64,000 nt of DNA from Amoeboaphelidium protococcarum X5 (taxonomy: Eukaryota > Fungi > Aphelidiomycota): contig JALDTO010000155.1 of NCBI GenBank assembly GCA_023515725.1, forward strand, positions 841,147 to 905,146, written 5' to 3'. A model generated the notes under the pieces. The model made no database searches, was not told where the DNA came from, and saw only the letters and a program-made list of their open reading frames with translations. A program made the position numbers and the translations under genes. Below, in pieces: positions 1-13,965 of this stretch; the stretch's first letter is position 1; each line of letters starts with the position of its first letter.

Positions 1-1
1 G

Positions 2-745
2 AAAGAAGGCGATGTGAAAAGATTTCATCCATTATCCTCTCATATCTTACAATAGCACTCTGAAAGAGAGAATTTATCAAAATGCATTGTGAAAGACTGG
101 ATTAAGTTGCTATCAAGAGGACTATTCACTTCTAAACTGGAATGGTTGAGGCAAGAATGCCAAACTTTGGATTAGAATCCTCTGCTTAGTGAACAGTCTC
201 GCCTCGCCACTTTAACTTCGTATGTATCAAAATTGTAAATTGTTAATTCAGTAGAAAGTGACAATTCTTAGACGCGCCATGTTCAAGTAACTACGGCCTA
301 ACTTTTGGCCAAGTGGATGACTACGCTGTGCATTCTTATCCGTAGCTTTGGCAACGATTCGGCTGAATTAGATGAGAATCTCACCGAGCTTGGACGCGTC
401 TTTGGCTGGTATTGGCAGTTTTGTTAATCTGCCAAGATTGAGCTGCACGACGGGTAGAAGCTTATTAAACTCATTGATTATCCTAATGCCAGACAACCAT
501 TGTTATTAGCTTTGAGCACTGCGTTAGAGATTGCTGATGATAGCTATCACGTGGGATCTCGGCGGCAAGAAGTTCTGCCTTTCAACTGGCAATTAGCTAT
601 TTCTGATAATTGCAAGAGATTTGATGTGAACTAGCTCTTAAATTGGCTCATTGACGATGTCTGGTAGAATGATTCTAGCCCTGACAATCGTTACTTGGCG
701 TCTTTCATATTGCAAAAGTTGAAGTCGCATCTACAGCTCGAGTGA
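2..745 (+). CDS. 3' end of a helical-repeat protein, possibly TEL2/TELO2 (5' partial)
   Basis: Open in frame 2 to TGA 743-745 when TAR=Gln. The C-terminus ARQPLLLALSTAL...QLLNWLIDDVWQNDSSPDNRYLASFILQKL resembles the TELO2 C-terminus as recalled. Confidence 0.45.
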
Positions 746-1013
746 TGTAAATAAAATTATATGCGTGATTAAAGAGTATTGTTTTATTGACTTGATTAAT
801 TTAATAAGTACATTTTTCTGATAGCGTACCGTTAGCATTGCGTTGGCGGTATGTTAATACATAGCCTAGGTTACTGAATAACGTTGACTCTTGCGCGGAT
901 TGGATATCCGTGTATGAGGACTGTAGTGATTGGACTCACTGTATTAGTGACCGTACGGCTAAACCTTTGTAACTCTTTGTCTCGGAGACACAATCAGTTA
1001 TAATTCGTATATA

Positions 1014-2618
1014 ATGCTGTTGATTCTGGTATATCTTCTACATTCCCTTTCTATCTACGTATTATCATTGCCTGGCAATACGGCTTCTATGCCAGCTGTG
1101 GCGATTAAGTGTCGACTGCGCGGCTCTGATTCATCCGCTTCTGCGATTATATCCTACTATTCTACTAGCACACCATGTAGTAGTAGTAGTGAATCTGTTG
1201 TATATACCTCTACTTCAATCTGTTCAACTACACGAGTAAATTCTAAAAGTGGTAGTAGTAGCAGTAAAACTGCGCTAATACCTACCTCTCAGTCTATTGA
1301 ATCGTCCAAGAGTGCCTCTTCACCCTCTGTTACCATGACATCTAGCTCATGGCCATCAGCAAGTTCTACTGGCTAGCCATTGCAGACGTAATCTATTGAC
1401 GTATCATCCTCTGCGCGGCTATCAACGCATCGCTCCAGTTCTGCTCAAACAAAGTCTCTTGGTACCGAAACGGTTACTGGCAGTTAAGAGACGCCTTATC
1501 ACTCTAAATCGCCGATTACGAGCACGGTCGTGAAAAGCTAATTTAATGTGCCTTCCATTACGTATACTGATTCGTCAGCTTTGTCTACACCTCTGAAGAC
1601 TGCCTCTTCCGTGACTCGTGTACTGACAACTTCAGGCAGTGATAAGCCCTCTACAACTGTCAGCACTGCTCCGATTCGCCCATCTACCACTAGGCCGATA
1701 ATATCTCCTTATTTGCCCCGTTCAAAGAGCGTATCATCTAGCCGTCCTCGAACCACTATTGCTACTCGGACACGTAAGCCATCAACATCTGCATCGGTCA
1801 CTCAATCGCGAGTGCCGGAAAGTGCAACGCCATCAACACCTATTTAGTTTCCACCATCGTACAATCCCAACTATCCTACCTGGTAACCACCGCCAGTTCC
1901 TGCTGGATTTTCTTCGATGGAGGAATATAAATTGTGGTGGATGAATCCTGATTATGAAAGTAAGCCATTTTTGAAGAAGACGTGGTGGTCTCTTCCAAGT
2001 CCTTTTCCTCCTGGTGGTGAGCCTCCTCAAGATGACACTCCTAGTTTCGATATCGGTACTGCTGTGGGTGGTGACGGTTCTCCGCTAATTTTTGATATGA
2101 ACAATGACGGTAAAGTATCTGCTAAGCGAGGTGTCGGAATCACTTTGGAACCAGAAGATGTGAATGACCGAGATGGTGGAGCAGTTGATGGTGACAAAAT
2201 GCTGGCCATGTCTGATATTAACGGCAATGGTGTCATCGATATCGAAGAAGTGTTTGGTAATTTCACAATCAGTCCATTTACGCGTAAACCATACAAAGCA
2301 CCGAATGGCTTTGTGGCCCTTGAATTGCTGGCAAAGGAACTTCTGAACAATGGTTGTGATGGTGCATTCCAAAATGTAAGTATGGTGGATTTACAAGCTG
2401 TAAGAAAGTGCCTCCGCCAGAAACTCAATCTCAATTTTGGGTTCATCGCTCGAAATAACGTCAAGATTATTGAACCATTGGGCATTGCAATGTATGTCGA
2501 TGTTAAAAATTATCTTGAGACTCCAGGCGATTATTAAGACGGGATTCTTCATGCCTAAAAAGGACAATTTATCAAAACTGATGGCTCCACAGGGAAAGTG
2601 CACGATGTCTGGTTTTGA
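1014..2618 (+). CDS. Secreted Ser/Thr-rich protein with C-terminal FrpC-SPM-like Ca2+-binding domain, copy 1 (divergent), 534 aa
   Basis: ORFs 1014, 1548 and 1917 join through TAR codons. Signal peptide, IKCRLR motif, S/T tract, then SPLIFDMNNDG...SDINGNGVIDIEEVFG...NGFVAL...QKGQFIKTDGSTGKVHDVWF, TGA 2616-2618. Confidence 0.85.
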
Positions 2619-2808
2619 TGATATGGTTATTGGGTGTATTTAAATCAAACTTTTGTTGTTAATAATATAAATATTTTATGAATTATTTAAACAGTTTTCA
2701 ATTAAGTAACATTATAGATGGTAGACAACAATCTTTATTTCTCAGCATATTCAACAATAAAGAATATAGATCATCGATGTATTTAGAAATGACCATGTCA
2801 CAAGCCAT

Positions 2809-4341
<1,533 letters not shown>

Positions 4342-4741
4342 CTTTAATAGAGTTGTAATGAGAAAAAGTCACTAATGTTTTATGGACTGATATTTAAAGG
4401 GGCGCTCCTACTCTCCTTTGTTGTTTAACTGAAGTGCCTCGCGATCACTAAATTGGAAATAGCGGCTTGGTCAATCACAGTTGCGCCATATATAATGTCT
4501 GCAGTTTGGTGCTATTATACAATGGCCGCATTAAATGTAAGCATTTGCGCCGCTATTGCTATTATACAGTATATGCAAGTCAAGATCAAAATTGATTCGA
4601 TATCAGCGCTAACCGTTAATGCGTTGTTTCCTCCTTAACTCATCTCCTCTTTTATTATGCATACTCTTCGATAAGTATTCCACACATTATAATTACAGAT
4701 AACTTCATTAAACAAAAGGCACTTTAGTATCAAATCATAAT

Positions 4742-5083
4742 ATGCAAACTCCCCTTATTAAAGATACTTTGAATGATTAGAATGAGAATAAAGCCCGTGT
4801 GTATGACCGCGATCAGATAATCTAATTGGGCGACTTTTGTGATCAACAATCTTCCACTATCAGCTAGAAACTGCAAGCCGAAGCGCTGGAGAATAAATCG
4901 CTGCTTTAACCGCTAGATCAAATGGAGCTGACAGAAAAACCGACAGTCAACGACGATCTTATTACCGTCTTAGATCAGCAAAGCGATCACCTCTAAAATT
5001 AGCGATTGATTTCTCGTTTCAACTTTCGTTTAAAGTTGTCCTTCTTTCCCACCTACAGTTTCCACAGTTAAACTAATAGCTGA
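4742..5083 (+). CDS. Possible small hypothetical protein, 113 aa
   Basis: ATG 4742 to TGA 5081-5083 with TAR=Gln; contains RVYDRDQIIQL; no recognised domain. Confidence 0.3.
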
Positions 5084-5110
5084 AACAGTTATTAAAATAG
5101 CAGCGAGACA

Positions 5111-6534
5111 ATGTAGCAGTAATTATCGTAGTTGTATTAGCATTAGGATGATCCTATACTGCAACCAAGTTCTCCTCAGGGCAAACCTGCGCCTATAACA
5201 GTGGGTAGCGTCGTAGCCTTACCCGAGAGATTTCTCGCAGAAGGTTTGATTCTTTGATATCTGTAAACTAAGTGTGTACAACTTAAGATTCATACTTTTA
5301 CCAACAGTGTGTAGGTGGATTTGCACGAGTATACCTGGCGAGAGGTCTTGATGGATTCCCGTTAGTGATAAAAATGATTTAGACTTCTAGCGATGGTGTA
5401 ATGCAGCACCAGGTAATGAATGAACTTGCACTGATGAAACAACTCAAGCATCCAAACATTGTACGTTATATTGACTCGTCGGTCATGGGAGGGGATGGAA
5501 GATAGCAGTAGTAGCAGTAGTAGCAGTATTCTTCCCATGGCCTGCAAGTGTACATAGCGATGGAATTCTGTGTCGGAGGTGGTTTGGTTGATATGATGAA
5601 CAGACGGCTGAGTACTAGGCTGCAGGAGAGCGAAGTGTGGACAATATTCAGCTAGGTAGTTGATGCCACTGCATTCCTTCATTACCAGAATCAACCGATT
5701 GTCCATAGAGATTTGAAGGTGGAAAACGTTTTAATTTAAGTGACCGCAGATGGATCAACCTTATTTAAATTGTGCGATTTTGGAAGCTGCACCACGCGGA
5801 CATTTAGGCCTGTCTAATCGTTATCTGCTCAAGACATGTCAGCATTATAAGAGGATATCGATAGATTCACAACGATACAGTATAGATCGCCAGAGATGTG
5901 TGATTTGTATCGCATCAGAAAGTGTGGACTTGGCACTAAATCTGATGTGTGGGCTCTCGGCGTACTTCTGTATAAATTGTGTTACTTTGTCAATCCATTC
6001 AATGAGGAGGACGGCAAGTTGGCTATTCTTAATGCAAAGTATAGATTTCCATCTTCGTCTCCTAATTAATTCTCTCAGTTGATGTTGGACACGATTAGGC
6101 GGTGTTTGACTGTAGATGCTCTCTATCGTCCTAATATATATCAATTAATGGCCAAAGTATACCCGGGTATTGGTCGTTCACTTAATTATCCTCCCCTACC
6201 TGCGGATCATGAGGCGAACCATGAATAGTATGTTAATGAGTCTGTGAATAAGGATCTACCAAGTGTGCCTCAGTAATCACAACAAGCGGTACAGAATGAT
6301 CAGTATGAAGCGTCTGCTGTGGATTCTAACGTTCGCCGAGGTAGAGTTAAAAATTCCGGTTAAAATGGTCACAGAACTTAGGCTAGCGTGGACGCTAAAG
6401 TATTTGAGAATGCCTTTGATTTCAAGCCTGAACAAGTGTAATCTCGTACCGTTGATAATAGTAGTAGTAATAATAGCGGTTAAATTTAGGCAAACACTAA
6501 TAATTAACAATTGTCATTGTTCGACCTACTATGA
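5111..6534 (+). CDS. NAK-family (Ark1/Prk1/AAK1-like) Ser/Thr kinase; intron 5244-5314
   Basis: LAEG|GFARVY split by a GT..AG intron; HRDLKVENVL, LCDFGS, TTIQYRSPEMCDLY, KSDVWALGVLLYKLCYF. Confidence 0.88.
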
Positions 6535-6603
6535 TGTAAGTGAATAGATCGTAACTAGTTGGTTATAATTATTACTATAGATGAAATTTTCAATTATTCA
6601 ATG

Positions 6604-7387
6604 TCATTCATGCTACATAGTTATCCAGTGTTGGAGAAGAGACTTTACAGTTATAATGGGCAATTGATGATGTTTAGCGAATTTGATCAAATCATCACGT
6701 CTCGCCATTTCACCGTCTTGATCACGAACCAACTCACTAATTACGGCAACCAGTGACTTTCCAGTGAGTTGACACAGCGCAAGGGAAGCCTCAGTGTGTC
6801 CCTGTCGACCTGCCAGTAGATTGTCCTGAGCCATTAAAGGAAAGATGTGACCAGGTCGAGTAAAATCATCTCCCACAGTATCGCCATCAGCAAGTGCTCT
6901 AACGGTGGCAGTTCGATCTGAAGCTGAGACTCCGGTTGACGTGCCTGCATTGAACTTGAATTTGATTAATTAAACCAAAAAATGCATTATAAAGATAAAT
7001 CTTACCGTGTTTGTAATCAATGGAAACTGTAAACTTGGTATGGTGAGGATCTGTATTAGTTATCACCATGAGAGGAATGTCCAATTATTCTAATCGCTAC
7101 CTAGTCATTGGCACGCACACAATACCAGTCGTATGTCGCACCATAAACGCCATTTACTCTCGCGTAATATCCTCTGCAGCGATAATCAGATCTCCTTCAT
7201 TCTCTCGCCCTTCATCGTCCAAAACAATCACAAATTATCCTCTCTCTACACTATTATTATGAAAATAATTTCAATCAGTGCGATCATAAAGTATTCGTGG
7301 GAAGTACTTACTAAATTCTTCGAGCGCAGTCTATACAGAGTCAAACATTACTTTTGATACTCCATCCGCGTCTGTAGAAAGTGTCAT
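6604..7387 (-). CDS. RIB3: 3,4-dihydroxy-2-butanone 4-phosphate synthase; introns 7246-7311 and 6945-7005
   Basis: VIVLDDEGRENEGDLIIAAE, FTVSID, GVSASDR, RPGHIFPL, RQGHTEAS; both introns GTAAG..AG. Confidence 0.92.
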
Positions 7388-7614
7388 AATAAGATTCTAT
7401 TACAGACTTTGCAAAGGCTTCGCTCTGATTGAAGCAAGAAGGTGAGGAGAAGTATGATCGTTCAAAGTTTTTTCGTCATTGTTCTGGAACGCGACAGACG
7501 CGCTCAGTTTTCACCATTTGAGAACATTCAATCGCCCTTTTCCACTTTCTAAAGAGAGAACAGCTCTCTGTGGTGATTGCAGTTTGTTGTCGTTCGTCGC
7601 GTTGTTGTTTAAGA

Positions 7615-9111
7615 ATGTACAGAATCGTTAGCTTCCCACGAAGCGTTTCGCTATATAATACTACTACTGCCGGTTGTCGTAGAATGTCAGCTATTGTTGG
7701 TGCTGGTAACGGCAAGTTCCGTGTGGAGAAGGATACATTTGGTGATATCAATGTGCCTGCTGAAGCTTACTGGGGTGCTCAGACTCAGAGATCTATTCAG
7801 AATTTCGCTATCAACCAAGAAAATGATCGTATGCCTCTCCCTTTGATTCATGCCTTTGCCATGGTCAAGAAGGCATGCGCTATTGTCAACTGCGATTAGG
7901 GAACTCTCCCGGCACAATTGCGTGATGGTATAGTCAAGGCTGCCGATGAAATTATTAGTGGCAAGTTGGATAATCACTTCCCTCTCGTAGTGTGGTAGAC
8001 TGGTAGTGGTACGCAGACTAACATGAATGTGAACGAGGTGATTAGCAATAGAGCGATTGAAATTCTCGGTGGTTAGATGGGATCCAAGTCACCGGTTCAC
8101 CCGAACGATCATGTCAATAAGGGCCAGTCTTCTAATGACACGTTCCCTACAGCTATGCACGTTGCTGCCGTTTTGGAGGTGGAGAAGCGCGTGTTACCAG
8201 CGTTGACTCGCTTGCGTCATGCTCTAGATTCTTTCGCCACACGTCACTCTCATGTTATCAAGATTGGACGTACCCATCTGCAGGATGCCACTCCTTTGAC
8301 TCTGGAGTAGGAGTTTAGTGGTTATGTGACTCAGTTGGACAACTCGATCCATAGAATTAAATCAACTCTGCCTCATTTGCGCCAGCTGGCTCAGGGTGGT
8401 ACTGCTGTCGGAACTGGTTTGAATACTAAATCTGGGTTTGCTGAGGCTATTGCGTAGTAGTTATCAACTCTGACTGGTACCAAGTTTGAGACTGCACCTA
8501 ACAAATTTGAGGCTCTTGCAGCGCATGATGCCCTGGTTTAAGGGCATGGTGCTTTGAATACCACCGCTGTATCGCTGATGAAGATTGCGAATGATATTAG
8601 ATTCCTTGGAAGTGGTCCTAGATGTGGTCTGGGTGAGTTGCAGTTGCCAGAAAATGAACCGGGATCTTCCATCATGCCGGGCAAGGTGAATCCTACTCAG
8701 AATGAAGCCATGACGATGGTATGCGCTCAGGTTATGGGCAACAACACTGCAGTCACTTTTGCAGGTTCTCAGGGCCACTTTGAACTGAACGTGTTCAAGC
8801 CAGTGATCATCAAGAACTTCTTGCATAGCTGCAGATTGATTGCTGATGCCTCTGACTCTTTCAGAAAGAACTGCATTGATGGACTGAAGGCCAATGAGAA
8901 GCGTATTGGACAGCTTATGCAGGAGTCTCTTATGCTGGTCACTGCTCTGAATCCTTACATTGGCTATGACAAGGCTGCACTGGTGGCCAAGACTGCGCAT
9001 AAGGAAGGACTGACGCTGAGAGAGTCGGCTGTCAATAAGCTGAAGGTGTTGACTGACGAAGAGTTTGACAAGTATGTGAAGCCTGAGCAAATGTTGGGGC
9101 CATCTAAATGA
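7615..9111 (+). CDS. FUM1: Class II fumarate hydratase, mitochondrial precursor
   Basis: [14 protein letters not shown](TAG=Q)[33 protein letters not shown]; ends at TGA. Confidence 0.97.
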
Positions 9112-9169
9112 AATCACTGATTAATCTATTATGACTAAAGAACTTTACGTAAATATATATTATGGTAGT

Positions 9170-10174
9170 TCATGAATGATATGTTATTCTAACTTTGACG
9201 TTTTTAAAGTCTATTTACGTGACGGCTTGAGAGAGCACAGCAGAGTCTTCACTTTCAATGTCAAAAGTTACCAAATTTTATAATACGCGCAGAGATCTGA
9301 AAGCTTCGCAGTTTGTAATTTTATTTAGGCTAACGCCTAATACACGTAAATTTGGAGCTTTTTCAATGATGGCTCTACTCCATTCATGCAAATTGAAATC
9401 TTCCGACACTTGGTATAGACGGAGTTCAAGTAAATTGCGGCGATCGATCGACATTATTTATTGCCAGACTTCCCTGGTCAATCTATCTGATCCAATTCGC
9501 AAATGCTTTAAATTTGTGAATTCTCTTAGTTATGATAAAACATCTTCACCTTATTTACCAGATTGTTAAAGCTCTATTTGATCATCTGCGGGCGTGATCA
9601 CGTTGTAAACATCTATATAAGTCAAGTTACCACGGATTGCAGCAAAGCTACAAAGTACGTCAAAATGATGGATTAGCATCTGGCTATTGTACACAAACAT
9701 GGTAATCTGGTTACACTATCCTAGAACATAACGTAGCATTTCGCCAGATTTGACAAACTTTATAAGATCCCTAGTTATACCAGGCATGAGGGAGGATTAG
9801 CTGGAACGACCAGACTACAGTTCGCCGACACCACCACCAGCTTGTAATGTTTCAACTTGGCCAGCTTCATTCTCAAACTCTTCTAAGTCAAATAGGTACT
9901 GATCCAACATGGAAATATTAATAATTAGATTTCGGACGTGGCTTGCAAAGGGGATCCACCTAAGCTCTACCTCTTCTAAGCAGTAAAGCCTGTAAAGTTC
10001 CCTCAATGTCAAGCCGGAGTCGCTTATATGCAAAGTTTCATAAATCTACCGGGATGTGAGCGATCGAAAGAATTTATCCACCCTGGACAGTTGGCATAGA
10101 TCTCTCCTATTTCCTTCCAGAGCGAAATGAGGAAGTATACAATTTGACCAAATTTCAGCAGGAAGTTGGATCAT
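9170..10174 (-). CDS. F-box/LRR-like protein, 334 aa
   Basis: N-terminal QLPAEIWSNCILPHF...LCQLSRVDKFFRSL; later LRR-like FTNLKHLRI and APNLRVLGV; open frame with TAR=Gln. Confidence 0.65.
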
Positions 10175-10338
10175 ATTGAGTAAGCACAGTAAAGTGCTGG
10201 CGCCAGGTGAACGAGTCGATGAAAAGTCAAAGGGCGAAACGAGAAACGCAAACTAAATTACAATTGGACGATAATCTATATGTATTGATCGCACTTATCA
10301 ATCAGTTTATGAATATTAAAGATCCTGATAGTGCATCA

Positions 10339-10512
10339 TCAATACTTGGCAATGATGTATATAGCGTGTATGACACCAGGGATGAAGCCTAGAAGAGTGA
10401 GCAGAACATTGATCAGCAGATCGACCGTGCAGCCAACTTGTAAGAATACACCAAGGGGAGGCAGAATGATTGCAGCAATCAAGCGAATAACATCAAGGCA
10501 AGTAGTAGGCAT
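10339..10512 (-). CDS. PMP3: Pmp3/RCI2-family plasma membrane proteolipid, copy 1, 57 aa
   Basis: IAAIILPPLGVFLQVGCTVDLLINVLLTLLGFIPGVIHAIYII. Confidence 0.9.
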   Translation of the reverse strand: MPTTCLDVIRLIAAIILPPLGVFLQVGCTVDLLINVLLTLLGFIPGVIHAIYIIAKY

Positions 10513-10824
10513 TTTAATAATAAAAGAACGTGTTTAATTAATTGACAGGGAATTATTTAACTTTTGAGGAAAAAAAGGTTTGAGATCTTTGCAGGTAGAG
10601 TATGACAATCGACGCGTCTAATCATTCAGCGTGACTTCATCTGCCGAATCATATCGCGATTGCCCCTAGAAAGGGATGAGATGGTGTTGCCAAGCCAAGT
10701 CGAAAGTACGATCTAGAGAATATGATCAAAACTAATACAACAGAAAGTATAAAATAAAAAGCATAGACAATACAAATATAAAATCAAAGAATTGTATTAA
10801 ATAATAAGTTCATCGTTGATCAAA

Positions 10825-10998
10825 TCAGTACTTGAAGATGATGTAAAGAGCGTGAATTATACCAGGGATAAAGCCTAACAGAGTCAGCAAGATGTTAATC
10901 AGCACATCTTGATTGCAACCAACCTGTAGAAAGACACCAAGCGGAGGCAGAATAACAGCGGCAACAATACGCAAGAGATCGAGACAAGTGAACGGCAT
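10825..10998 (-). CDS. PMP3: Pmp3/RCI2-family proteolipid, copy 2, 57 aa (tandem paralog)
   Basis: VAAVILPPLGVFLQVGCNQDVLINILLTLLGFIPGIIHALYII. Confidence 0.9.
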   Translation of the reverse strand: MPFTCLDLLRIVAAVILPPLGVFLQVGCNQDVLINILLTLLGFIPGIIHALYIIFKY

Positions 10999-11299
10999 TT
11001 TCAATTCAGGTAAGTAGTATTAGAGTTTTAGAGGCAAAAACTATTTTGATAATATTATGAAGAAGGGAAAGAGATTGTCGATAATCTCGCGTTTTGTCCA
11101 TTCAGTGAATCATGCGATCCCCCTTGTTTAAATAGTCAGAAATGACAGAGTATATCCGGTGAATCTAGATGCTGTGACAACGCGTACTCATCCTTTACAT
11201 TTGGGCAAAAGCTCAATCAAAAATTTACATTGAATTTTAATAGTGTATTTCTAGCTTTAATGATTACTTTAATTTAGAATGTATAAATAGTACTTTGAT

Positions 11300-12520
11300 T
11301 CAATGTATCCAATATTTTCTACCAGGACTTTGGCTCAACGCGATCGAAAAGCCACTGTAGTTATTGACCGATTCCAACTTTGTAAATTGAATGTGCTCAT
11401 TATCACCGGACTCTATATTCAAGGACTTCTAATTGATACCAGCGTAATTAATGTTGATGCTCTTCTGTACCAAAATCTTCAATTCTATACGACGATCATG
11501 AGCACGCAGGAGATCTAGAACCTCATTCAAAAATTTGTCAACATGGAACGTGCAATACCCTTAAGACAGTGAGCATTTAGAGAACTTCATTTGCATACTC
11601 TCTAGATGTCTGAATCTCATCGCCCCTCTCACAACAGATCCATACCACCCCATGGAGTCTGGCTGAAATTTTAACTCTAATCCAAAATTGCGCAGAGCAG
11701 AAGTTTTACCACATAAACTCAAGTATCTAATATCAGGTTGGATATTCTTGTAGCTAAAGCTAATCGATAGTTCTGCTTACTAGAGAGAAGTAATGCATAG
11801 AACCTCAAAACTGTTGAGAATATCGCGAGTTACGAGATGCAGATTTTACAACTTACTCTAAAGTCCCTCAAAAGTGCTCTTAAAAGGCGCAACCATCTAA
11901 GTAATCAACCTAGCTCCAGTCTTTGCAGCGTAAGGACGCAAATCCAGACGCATAGCTTATAGACTTGGTTTCTAAAGGATGCTCATAAGACTTCTGCTTA
12001 CATCTTCTTAACTCGGGTAGCCTTGAGAGAACACACCGCGACTTAGGGGCGGGAAACTGATAACTACCGTACTTATTCCTTAAGCAGCAATAATATCGGC
12101 TAGCAGAGCAATAGGAAATCCTACATCATATCCATAGTGTTAATATCTCGACGTGTCTCTTTTGGGTGGAGCCACGATATACGCTAGACTCTTGATATCA
12201 GGATTGTTATACAAGATGGCAAGCATACACTATAGAGTCATTCCTTGAAATGGCCTCAACTACCACGTACCGTCGACATTATTTTTAATCAGCGAACGCC
12301 AATTATCGGAGCAGCTTTCTTGCACAGAGTCTGATCCTCCAGAATATTCTATCAATTCCAATAGATATTCCGGATTCTGATCGACGCGAAACTGTTCAAG
12401 GCCTTTAAAATGCCCATCAACGGGTGGATATGTTAAATCTGGTGCGGCATGTGAATTTGGGGCAGGAGTACCGCAGGCCACGAGTGGAACAGCCACCAAG
12501 ATTGCAAGATTTAATAGCAT
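11300..12520 (-). CDS. Secreted hypothetical protein, 406 aa, paralog of 12757-13965
   Basis: Signal peptide MLLNLAILVAVPLVACG; open frame with TAR=Gln; shares GMTLQCMLAILY and GFPIALL blocks with its neighbour. Confidence 0.75.
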
Positions 12521-12756
12521 TTTATATAACTGGTCCAATATCACGAATTTTCTCATCTGATAAGAGTTTTAGATCCTACTATTGATCGATTAACTCGAAT
12601 CCCGATCAAATGGGAGCCCCTGGAAAGTATCTTGTTGAAAATAGGCCGAGCTGGCGCGTGAACTTTTTAACAGTAGGATATAAGCTTTAAGTTGGAAAAA
12701 TTATCAGTAGTTAGTATTCTATTCTATTTCTTCATTTCATATAGTATTATACTACC

Positions 12757-13965
12757 TCACTGAATGCTTGATAGTTGGGCGGTTCCTCCAGGAATGTAAT
12801 TGATTTCAAATCCATCATCAGTTGGCATGAATGACATATCTTACCTTGTCTCAAGAGTCTTGCATATTACACTTGTACAATACAACAAGTTGGTGGTAAC
12901 ACCACCCAGAAAGGATACTCTGATATAAGTCTATGCAGTTCTACTTTGCACAAACTTGACAACTTCAGGCAAGTAATGTGTCATGTCTATAGGCTCAGGC
13001 TCAGGCTCCTATTCAGTAGCAGTATATTCCAAAACTAGATAATTTATTTTAGTAAACCTTGCTATACGGCTAATAATCATCAGGTTCTGCTCATGACATG
13101 TAGTTCTTATGCGCAGCGACTACAAATTAGATTCAGCACCCCCAATACAAATAAAAAAATTCGACGCCAAATACGAGTTCTTTAAGGTAAATGAAGCATA
13201 AATATCAAGTTGCTATAGAGACCTCATGCAGAGTGGCCTCAGCGCTGCAATATTATTGTGCGTAGCCAGATGCAACATTTTCACACGCGAGGTATAGATG
13301 CATTATCGGGTAAACACTCCGTACGTAATATCTGCAGCAGATCTATACTAGTACGGCAGAATATTGAAGCTAAATTTCTCCAACTAAGGATTGTTAATCA
13401 GAATATCACGCGTATTGAAAGCCAATTGTTCAGTTGAAGGAGCATATTAAATCGGATAACGCATCTAATCCAGATACTGATAGGGAATTACCAACTCCAC
13501 ATCGCGCAATTACTGAGCTTGCACGATCTAAGGTAGAAGTCTCAGCGGGAAACCATAAGCCTAGTTTTGTGGGACTTGACCGGGTTAGAGTATGTGTGGC
13601 TCATAAACGACATATTTCAGAGACTGCACATATTTATCATGGTACATTAAAGCCAGCAGACATTGCAATGTAAACCCATCACCATTAGATTAGACCGCCA
13701 CCAGTTTACCAGTGTTGATGTATTGCTTATAGGATGCCGAGCCAGAATCACAATACTAGTCGATGTAAGGGGAAGACGAGATGGACTTCATAATACTTTT
13801 CAGCATTACTCGGCGCTAATTATTCCACAAAGGATCCTGAGTAGGTCGTAAATTGTGAGACAGCTCACCTAGCAATGGGGTGTACTCTGACGCGAAAAGG
13901 TTACCAAAACACTGCGTTATGATGTGAGCAGCAATTACCAAAATCAAAGATATATTCAATTTCAT
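12757..13965 (-). CDS. Secreted hypothetical protein, 402 aa
   Basis: Signal peptide MKLNISLILVIAAHIITQCFG; GFTLQCLLALMY and GFPLRLL blocks match the neighbour. Confidence 0.75.
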
